Of a stretch of 64,000 nt of DNA, positions 53,316 through 64,000 are shown piece after piece. The notes beneath the pieces are model-generated. The model did not search any database. It saw only the letters and a list, made by a program, of their open reading frames with translations, and was not told the DNA's origin. Both the position numbers and the translations under genes were made by a program. Position 1 is the first letter of the stretch; the number at the start of each line of letters is the position of its first letter. This stretch comes from Ruditapes philippinarum (lineage: Eukaryota), in assembly GCF_026571515.1 (NCBI RefSeq), contig NW_026862806.1, positions 62,001-126,000 on the forward strand, read 5' to 3'.

Positions 53316-55497
53316 ACAAAGAGTCGGTTATCATTGCAATTTACAAAAATATGATGCAACAAAATATGTTGCAAAAATTGCTGCTCTGTTATGAAATCAA
53401 TTACTGAACAAATCATTTGAGTCATTTCAAATGCATTTCATAACACAAACCATCATCTACTTATAAGTCAACAACCAAATATAAGATGTTATAAGATTAG
53501 AAATTAAATATAATATTTAAAAACTGAAAAGAATTAGTGGTGACTTAAGTAACTAAAAGATTATGTCACTGTTTTTTTTATAGAAATGAATTGTTGTTAT
53601 TATGTATGAATGATTTACATTAACATCAATATTTACGAAGCAAAAGTAATACATTTATTATATATAATAAGCAAAGTAATAATACATTTAAAAAGAAAAT
53701 GTAGCTTATTTCTTAACCGCATTGTAGAAAAAAAATAATGATTTCGTTATTAAAATAATTAAGAACAAGGTGGTACCATTACGTGTGTCAATAACACACT
53801 TGAATTCAAACCACTATACAAAAGGCATTGCATAATATCGAGTGAATAACTATTATTATTCAAGTAAACGAATTTGCATGTATACCAACATAATAGTTAA
53901 TTACCTCTTAACCAAATTATCTAAACTTTTACTTTTATGTTAATAACTACGGGCGTAAAAAAGAAACAGTTGAGTAGAGATTAGCGAATAAAAGTTAATA
54001 GAGAAAACTAAAGACACAAATGGAATAGGTCTGTTCATCACGAACACTTTAAACATACAATGCCCTTCATGATCTTTTTGATTATTAATAAGTGTGTTCA
54101 TGACTAATATTTAAACATACAATGACGTTCTTGATCATTTCTAAGTTATTCAAACTATAAACATTCAAATTTAAAGCCTTAGGGGCGGGGAGTTTTTTCA
54201 ACTATAAACCCTTCCCGAAACTACATAAAACATATTTGATGCTTTATGTAGCTTCTGTTTTGTTTCTGTCTGATAGTTATGATGCTAGTATATTTCTGAA
54301 GAGGTAACTATCATTAATCATATACTTGATGTTGTTTGTTCCCATACTTGGAAATAAAAGACAGTCATTTGGTTTATAACATTATTTCTTCATTTTTTAA
54401 GGTTATAAACTGAGTTTGTTAAAAGATACTTTTCGGAAAAGATATGATTTTTGATTTTAAGACATAGTGACTGTAGCGAACAAGTAAGTACTCGTTAATT
54501 GAGATCCTGCTTAAAAGTTCCAAAGTCATAATAATTCTATAATCATTATGTCTAAACACATTGTTGCTGCAGAAGTTAACTAAAATTTTCAATCTCAAAT
54601 CATAAAAACGATATATTTCAAACAAACATAAATAAAATCAGGCAAAAAGTAACATATAAAAATAAAAATCCGTTTCGTTATTGTATCAAATAATGATTAT
54701 AAAATATACTGGAAACTTATGTTTACTGTTGAACTGCATTATTCTTCGTTTCTCCCACGTATACGTAAAATAACTAAACACGATATGAAAATGTTTTCAA
54801 TTATACGTTAAGGAGCAAAACTTCAAATATTGCTATTTTTGGAAACTATTTTACTGATACGGCAGCATTATAATCATAAGTTGCACAGTAAAAGAGCCAA
54901 GAGACAGACACTTTTTCACCGTAGAAAACAAAATCAATGAAAACAACTTTTTATTCCTTTCAGCCGATTATTTGATTTAACAGATGACTTGCGGCATTTG
55001 CATTATATTATGTTACATCTCGAGTAAACTAAATATGATAGAATGGAAAGGGTTTTTTTTAACGATAAGGTTTTTAAGTGCTTTGTTTTTATGTAGTGTA
55101 TTGTACTTGGTTTTATGAGTTCTAGACAAATGAAAAATGTGTGCAAGCTAAAAGTATCATAACACCAGTTTGAGATTTACGTGTCGTTGTTTTTTTTTCA
55201 GAGTGTAAAAACGAACTTTATTTTTTTAAACTCACTTTCTTAATCACTTGAAATAAAGTTAAGTTTAAATACTAAATCTGGCACTTGTTTGTTTTCGTCT
55301 AATTTTACTTCTGAAATTGACCTATAATTAATTAAAATTGAGTTGCGGTTTTTAACAAAAAATGAATAAATAAATAGTAAAAGTATCAAAAGATCGTTTC
55401 TGAATAAGTAAAAGATACAGATATTAATGATAATATCTGTAATTATAAATTATTAATATTCTACTGAAATGGAGAAGCTGTGTAAGTCTTTAATGTA

Positions 55498-56006
55498 CGA
55501 AAGTCCGGTAGGGCCATTTCAAATTCATGAATTCCCGATTTCATCTTCATGAATTCACAATTTAAACTTCGTGAATTTCCGTTTTCAAAATACGGAATTC
55601 ACGAATTCATGATTCAGCTTCATAAATTCACGATTTCAACTTCACGAATTCACGATTTCAACTTCATGACTTCATGATTTCACCTTCATGAATTCACGAT
55701 TTCAACTTAACGAATTCACAATTTCAACCTTATGAATTCACGATTTCAACTTCACGAATTCAACATCGTTAATTCACGACTTCAACTCCGTGAATGCACG
55801 AATTCAACTTCACAAATTCACGATTTCAACTTCATGAATTCACGATTTCAACTTCATGAATTCACGATTTCTTCATGAAGGTGAATTCGTGAAGCTCAAA
55901 TTGTGAATTCGTGAAGTTGAAATCGTAAATTCTTGAAGTTGAAATCGTGAATTCGTGAAGCTGAAATCGGGAATTCGTGAAGTTGAAATGCCCCCACCGG
56001 CCTTTG
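55498..56006. mobile_element. Foldback MITE built of 22 bp tandem repeats, TA target duplication
   Basis: TA-cgaaagtccggtagggccatttca.. / ..tgaaatgcccccaccggcctttg-TA; unit AATTCACGATTTCAACTTCAYG occurs ~16 times forward, then ~5 times inverted after palindrome cttcatgaag (55871-55880). Confidence 0.85.
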
Positions 56007-59000
56007 TAATAATGCTATAATTTTGTATTTCTCTACAGCTTTTTATTTTGTTAGATTTCTTAATTTTCCAAAAAGTCACTTATTGGCGATAAAACTGAGA
56101 CATTTTTGCATTTTGGTAATAAGTGCAGTATAGTGATTAAGTAGTTTTATGGTAGTCAAACTATCGCTTTGTTTACATATTGCTCCATTTATAGCGAATT
56201 GTTCCACAGCCAACGCTGTTTTCTTTGGCTGATAACAATCAAACGTGCTTTACTTTTCGCGTTTAGTTGTAATATTATATACCTTAATATTCCCTGACGA
56301 ATTCAGAGTTATAAAATGCTTGTTTATCATCGTAAATGCGTTGATTTAATTGTCATATGTTTTGAAAGCTTTGCAATAAAAGTCATAATGATAGTTTTAT
56401 TTTTGTTTTAGACATTAACGATGAAACTTTGTTGTTGTTGTTGTCGTCGTCGTTTTTGCAGAGGATATAATAAATGAAAGTAATAAAGCAATATATATTT
56501 AAATTTATTGAATTGAATGAATCTTAATTTCAGTTAATAGAGATGTCTCCATATTTTTCTCGGAGTGTACCGACTTCACTGTATTATTCCGTTTTTCATA
56601 ATTATGTGTAGTTAAGTCTTTCTGAATTTGAGAGAAAACCAAAAAAAAAAAAATAATAATAATTTAAAGCTAGGAATTAATTGTAGATGTTCCAGTAGGC
56701 ACTGAAATTCAGATTATTTCAAGTTATTATTTGTTTCTGTAATATAGGAAAAACGACAAAGACAAACATTTCTATCACGGCGATATTTTTTACTTTTGTC
56801 ATTCTGTCAGAAGATTTTCAATCAATTACAGTAAATGAATAATTATATTTCTATGAAATTAAAATTGATGTTTCTTACTAATAATAACCCATACTTCGTC
56901 TACGATCATATAATTTTGTAACCTTTTAAATGAGGTGTGTATATTAGTTGAAAGCTTTAGTAAAAATTCGTATGGCAATAAAACAATCGGGCTTGAACAT
57001 CACAAATTATTGAAATCACTAATTACTAACATGCGGCTGTTGTAGAGAAGTGTCATTTTGTATTTGACTATCTTGATTGTTGTTTTTTTCTGTTCTTTGT
57101 TCTGGTGCTGATATTGTTTTAATTTTATTGCTTTTATCTGTCGAGATCTAACCAAATTCTTGTGTCTGTGACCTTAAATAAAGGTTATTAAATTTCTAAA
57201 TCTCGGAAAAAACTTTCTTGGTATAAAGAGAAGTTAGTACACCATCATGTCATCATATCATTGTACGTGATATTTCAAGTGTAATTTAATAGTCTACCTT
57301 ATAGATTCCTATTCTAAATTGTGAAAACTCGAGACAATATGTTACCGAAATTATGACAAATTTACGTTGACGTTAAGTTAATGATGATTAACAACTTTCA
57401 ATTTTATCACATTGCAAGGCATGAGTTTATTCAATTAGATATTCTCTACTTTGCCTATACGTTTAAATATTTTTTTTCTAATACAAAAAAAACCCATAAA
57501 ATATGTAATTTCATTATACTTATAAATCTTTGATTTACTGTCTCAAATAATAAGCACGACTTATGCATTATATAAAGTATATTACATGTTTTTGTACTTG
57601 TAAGTATGTATACCAGAATTATCGGCGTGTACACATAAGTTTTAACACTCTTTGTCATTTTAATACTCTTGTCATTTAACAATTAGTTATTAAATAAATG
57701 GTTGCCGTATTCTTTTATTATGAACACGATTAGATATCTTAATTACAACATCTTCCACTGTTTATCAAAGCTTGTTTCGGTATGCTTGTAAAATTGTACA
57801 GTCTGAGTTGCGCATGGAAAGAATTGTCACATAGTATACATTACCGTTTAACGCTGACAAGCCTGCACTGTGGAATTTAAAATTACAAATGACTACTTTG
57901 AATTCATTTCCATTCAAATATTTCATTGTTTTATATCGCATATAGATCGCCATTGATTTTATTTTTCTTTGTATCTCTCATATGCAATTTAAAATTATTT
58001 TGTCTGTAATTGCACAATAAACAGGAATAAAAAGGTTTATTAAAAGATTATAAAATTCGGTTTCCTGATTCATCAATCCCTACAGTAATTGTAAGGAGAT
58101 TGCCTATCGATCTAGGAGAAACCTGCACTTTTAAAAGTTTAAGAAATAAGATTTACATCAGATATTTTAGTGTTCTTCTTATTTAACACGATGTAGCCAT
58201 ATATTGTATAAAAATAGAGAAGTAAATGATGTACTAAAAAGTACATCAAAAAGCCAATATCCAGATAAATAATGGTGTTTATTTGTAATTTTATATCTAT
58301 GTCTCTTCTTTAGTGAGCAAATAGAAATATAAATGATATTAACACCTCATCTAAATAGAGATTACGCAAACATTTATTTTAATTATCACACACTGTGTAT
58401 ATTACCCTGCTACGGTTTTCTTGCTTATTTTTTGAAGTACCTAAGTTGATCTACGTAAAATGTTCGATAACATTACATTCAAAATGCATTCTAATGAAAG
58501 TCATATAAGTCTCAGAAATATTTTTCTTGAAGGGGAGACGACATTATAGATGCTTATCAAGTAAAGTAAATAGCAAAGAGTAAACGAAGTAGTTTTCTGA
58601 CTTCCTTTCAAACAACAATCAGTATATCTGTTTCATTTGCCAAAACACAAAGAAAGCAAACGAGCATACTAAGTAAAAAGCCAAGAACTAATATGTAAGA
58701 AATATTAATAATTAAAATAGTTTGAGATTTAAAAATGGGCCTTTTCAATCTGAAGTGTATAACTATAAGAGTAAAAACTGTACAATTAAGCAAATGTTAA
58801 TTTGAACAAATGTGTAGTTATATTTAACTTGCATTTATTAAATAGAATCTAATTGTTCTACAAGTACAGGGGTAGAGACCACAAATACATTTAAACTGAA
58901 TGACAATGTAAATCGAAAAGTATTTATCAGAAAATAAACTTAGACATTACGTTTTTAATGATATTTTTTTTACATATTTTAGAAATTTCATGCTGCGGAA

Positions 59001-62000
59001 AATTAGTAGTTTTATAATGTTTCATTACTAACACCAATGATTATACTTTCCATATTTGGCAAGAGAGCAGCAATAATGAGCTGATATTAATAAATAATAG
59101 TGACGTCAAAATTTTTTTTACTGGCCACATAGGGAAGTCTTCTCTCGGTTTTCTTTATACGGTCATATTTACTACGGAAATATCTTAAAGATATCCTGAC
59201 CCAATTTAGGAGTCATTCACTGCAGATTTTAGTCCTCCTTGTAGTTATGTTACAAACCAAAAGGATTTTATAGGAAAAGGTTTTAAAAGACCACCCTCAC
59301 CGGACGGCTAAATTTTGACTTGTTGATTATTTAGGAGATGTGAACAGGATTATTTATACGATGATTTATGTGCAATATATTTTTTGATATGTATATGACG
59401 AGAGCATCTAAGTCAATGAAATCTTCTTCATTATTATTATTGCAATTTAATAACATATTGCATATCCAGATTATTTTTAAATCTAATGATTTACGCTCTC
59501 TTCCTTCTGTGATAGCATTTTCATTGTTGTGAAACGTTTCAAATCCGTTTAGGAACAGTGTAGTTTCTGAACTCAATTTGCGTAATCCATGTTTTTTGTT
59601 TATTAAAAGTGCCTAACCGACTTTTGTCCTTTTTACAATAATTATGTAAAAGCAAAGAAAGCATTTTGCATAATTACATTACTAAGCCACAAGGGCATAC
59701 TTGTAAAAATGGAACAGAATTCAAATAATATAACTGAAATATTGAAAGTCTTGTGATAGAATGTTACCCCTCATTCTGATATTAATAACGTGAAATCCAT
59801 GACTATAGAACCTTATAAGATGCATCATACATTCAACATGTTTTTAGACACGAAATCATTACATCCTTGATACTTGCTAAATAGAATGGCATGCCGTTAT
59901 TCACTTGTGACAAACATTTTATATACTCGGTATTTTTTCAGATTTTAAGTTTTTATTTATTTTGTTAGCATCAGATAGGTAGTTTGCCTGTTTAGGAAGT
60001 GATATTTTTTTTTTTAATTTGTAACTTTATTTTCTGATTTCACATACAAACATTATAACATATCTTGAAATTCACAAAGACATACAATAGTATATAAATG
60101 CATATAAATTCACAAGGACATTACATACTTATAGTATTTTCTAAATGTATATGAACAAACATTAGACATTTTCAGATACTTCTTTATAATTTACAGTAAA
60201 CATTTGACCTATTCTCTATTTTACTATAAATGAATATAGCAATGTTTTTTTTGAGCTCGTAAAATCAAAAATGAACATTGATTTTCTTATAAACAAACTA
60301 TTCTCTGAAATTGTTACAGTCTAAGTCTAAGTTCGATTGAATATTCAATATCACCTTTTCTGAGTATATAGGAAATTTAACATGTTCTGTTACAAATTCA
60401 CAAGTACATACAATAAATTATAATCATATACAATTCTTAGTCATTATAAAAGACATTTATTAGGATATATATCTATTACTTATACAGAACTAAGAAAACA
60501 AAGATGGCTAGAGAATATATTACATCCATTTACTGGAAAGGAAAAAAACAACAACAATAATATGCCTTCTGAACAGTCATGAATAATGACTAATGTCTTT
60601 GGAAGTGATATTTAATTACCAAACTTATGGAATTATTTGCTTTTATTCAAAGCTACGGAATTTGAATTGTTATTCAATTACTAAAGGAAAGTGATCCTTA
60701 GTTTCGTAGATGGTTTCTTATATCGCCTATGGATCTCTTCAGCAGATATGGAGCTCGACTGGAATTTTGACAGGCATTTTCTTTATTTTGAGTCAAATCT
60801 CAATAAATATTTCAAAAAGGGTTTGTTTGAATGTTAAGCATCGTTTGGTGGTAATATTTTGTTAAAACCCTGTATTTGAAGTCCGTTGAGTGACATTTTC
60901 ATCATACGCATTTTATATTTTGGGCACACCTGAACCGACGACGGAAAGAATATCGTAATGAAGACTGCATAAAAATCCAAACAAAAATGGGTTATTGTAG
61001 AGGAATCACATTTCAATTTTCTTTAAAAAGAAGGTTTGAATTTTATATAAATTTTCAAAATGTTGAAAACTAACCCTATGATTGACCTATTTTCTCCTTC
61101 ACTGACTGAGGTATACTGCAAATCTGGAGCAGCAGAAATTCACATATAGTTTTACCGATGCTCTATTTTGAGATTCATATGGGGTTCCACCCTCGTGTTA
61201 TTATTCGTATATTTAATTTTTAACCCATAGCAATATATCTCGAACTAAAGGTACTTATCTTTGGAAAATACATTAAACCGGCTTTAACGTTCTGTTTAAT
61301 GATAATCAAGTGCGCTGTTTAATCTTCGAGCATTACTGAATAGGCAATAGATACCACCGCCATGCGATTTTATTTTAATTTGTAAAACTTCCTGTATAAT
61401 AATTCCTTTTTATCAACAAGGGGTGTATGTATTTGGGTTGTACTTAAATTATGATTAAAGAACGGCAATGTGTTTAAGAGTGTTTCTTTTTTTAATCCTC
61501 GTAAACTTCCTTAAATAAAAAGGAAACAACTGTAATATTTATCTGTATGTATCTGTACAAAAATATGACAATTAATAAAAGTTACCAGTAAGATACAAGA
61601 GATCTTCCAAAAACTAAGCAAATTAAATGGTATTTTGAAATATTATAATGCCGATAAAGGCATAATATTATTACAAAGAGTAGACACTATTGAAGCTTCT
61701 TTACTTTATTCCACCGCGCTTACTTGCACCTTGGCCGCACCATAAAATATCGGTGCGCTTTGACATTATGAATGTATTTCTGTAGTCTTGAAATTATCAA
61801 GTGCAAATTTGTAGCATGAGATATCTTGCGAAGAATATTGAGTGTCTTTCACACTTTTAGCTGAATATTTCTGATTTTATTGTATTGTTATTTGTCAAAC
61901 ATATTCTTAATTTTGTTTTATTTCTACTAAAGAAGATAAGGTATTTTGGTAAATACGATGCAAACATTTAAGGTGCACAAGACACGTATGTTTAAGAATG

Positions 62001-64000
62001 TTAAGATCTAATAATAATTTTATAATGTGTAATAGATTGGTAATAAAGAAGCCTTTGAGAATAAAATACAATGATTTTTCCTCCAGAAAGCACCGCAGTA
62101 ACAATTGTAATATGTTTTCAAAAAAGCATTTTTGTCAAATCAATTGTTCTTAGATATGCACTTTTATTTGTTTTTTGTTTGTTTGTTTGTTTGTTAGTGT
62201 GATTTATTATTTGATTTTTGTTTGTTTAAGAAATGTTATTCGTTTTCGTATACTTGCATTCTTGCTTTAAACATTAATTGTCAAATATGTAAGTCATTAA
62301 AATATATACATGTATATATATATACATGTTTTCAAAAACACGTGTCAGTGTTAAAAATTATTTAACACTAATTATGGTACCAATGACTTTTGTTATATGT
62401 AAAATGCGAAATTAAAACGATTTTTGATTAACGGTGTTTTAACAACAAACAAACTTTAAATGGAGTAGTTTTCAAAACTTTTTTTCAATCATTTCTAAAT
62501 ATATTATTCCATTATATGTTAAGGCGTCATTAAAATGGAACCATCTCGAATCTAGAAACAAATTAAATAATGAAAATAGTTGAAAAATGACACTATGATT
62601 CGACGTATCGTTAAATGACTTTTTTCAATAAAGCAGCATATTAATAAATCCGTGAAAAATATCCTTCCTCCAGAGAATAAATTATATTATCACCGAGCAA
62701 AGAATCAGTTTTGAAAAATTAAACACTGACGTATATGAATAATTATAATCAACGTTTGGTTTTACTCTATTACAGAGATTAACATAAAATAGGTGTTTTT
62801 GTAATTCATTGTACTGTTGTTGTTTTGTCTGTGCAAAAAGGAAATGTAAAATTAAAATAAAATCATTAATTCAAAAGCAGCACTTTTTAGTAATTATTAT
62901 TTTAATTTTATCATAATGTTCTTGAATAAGAAATTTTCTTTTTAGTATAATTGCTTTTCAGAGTCACGAATTTGAACAGAATCAGCTAGTTTACTTGTTT
63001 TCTAATAATGAGGTGCATACTTGTCAGTTAAAATAAATTTCCTTAAACATTATTATAATAATTCCTATTATGGGCACATTTAGTTTATTTTGTATAAATT
63101 GTTTTATCAGTGAGAATGAAAATGTCTAGATAACAATTGAATTGCCGTTTGGCTACAAATAATTCCTCATTTTCTTTAGATATAATATATAAAGCATGTC
63201 ATTTGTTGACTCTTACATAACACAGACAGTACATCTGAATAAAATTATGAACACATATTGGTACGTTGAACATGGTCATGTAAAATATGTCGAATAATTG
63301 CTAGATGGTTACAACATTTTATTTTGTTATTATTTAAGTATTTTAATGACATATTAATCTATAATGAATGATATGAAAAACATGATAAACAAACATGGGT
63401 TGTATTCGATGAACGCATCAAACAACAAAGCACCACCGGTAAGGAAAAAAGCAGGACACCAAATAGAACAATACTAATCTTCTTCTTTTTTCAGCAAATA
63501 AATTATTTTTAATTTAAAATTTAGTAAATCAAAAACAGGCAGGTGTAAATTAAAAACATTAAAGAAAGTTTTATAAAATTGAAATTAATGAAAAAAATTT
63601 AGCAGAACAGAATTAAAGAGAAACAAAACTTTAAAACATAATAACAAAATAAATTAGATATTTTTCACTTAAAAATGCCGTTGATATCATTTTATTATGC
63701 TCTATGATATCGTAACGGAGGTATACAACTGATTTTCTTTATTTTACGCACATTTTCATAAAGAAATAAATAAGGTTAATATTAAGGTTTGGCTGCCCGG
63801 ATTTGGTTATCAATAAAATAAATGATATACTGTTATGAAAAAGTGCTTCTTTTTACTACACGGTAATAATAAGGTACTAAAGAGCCTGTAATTAAAATGT
63901 CAGCTGTTTATTGTGAGTACATTTTTATTATAAGTGTCTGAAAGATAATTGCAAAATCAATTTTAGTTTAAGTTTCTTATACTTGCACAATTCCTCGATG

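Noticed and set aside
55530-55990. CRISPR-like appearance of the 22 bp array
   Set aside because: No unique spacers, no cas genes, eukaryotic context
59331-59576. 81 aa ORF and other 60-120 aa ORFs, e.g. 3114-3470
   Set aside because: No domain motifs or supporting exon chain; 3114-3470 overlaps a dispersed repeat
60700-60750. Another CUGAAGA...GAAA on the minus strand (also CUGAUGA at ~34792 + and ~36905 -)
   Set aside because: No convincing stem I/II pairing, so not a hammerhead

Overview
AT-rich eukaryotic genomic DNA with two N gaps; most of the six-frame ORFs are chance. The repeat content (Helentron/HINE-type elements with ~166-176 bp internal repeats, Meta- and CORE-type tRNA-SINEs) suggests a bivalve mollusc, probably an oyster; this is inference. 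There is one intact gene: a two-coding-exon class A peptide GPCR of the ecdysis-triggering-hormone-receptor (ETHR)-like group (+ strand, 8274-8625 and 18461-19416, 435 aa, 9.8 kb phase-1 intron). About 1.5 kb upstream is a decayed, apparently spliced C2H2 zinc-finger gene relic (5978-6804) that the ORF track does not reveal. The most notable structure is a 5'-truncated Penelope-like retroelement (RT C-terminal half, Cys linker, GIY-YIG; - strand, 41829-43614). It is bracketed by ~158 bp inverted pseudo-LTRs, each carrying a 44-nt minimal type I hammerhead ribozyme, one per strand, and it abuts a (TA)36 tract. The rest is non-coding and contains HINEs, SINEs, MITEs/foldbacks and microsatellites. 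All family assignments come from motif recognition by eye; no database search was run.
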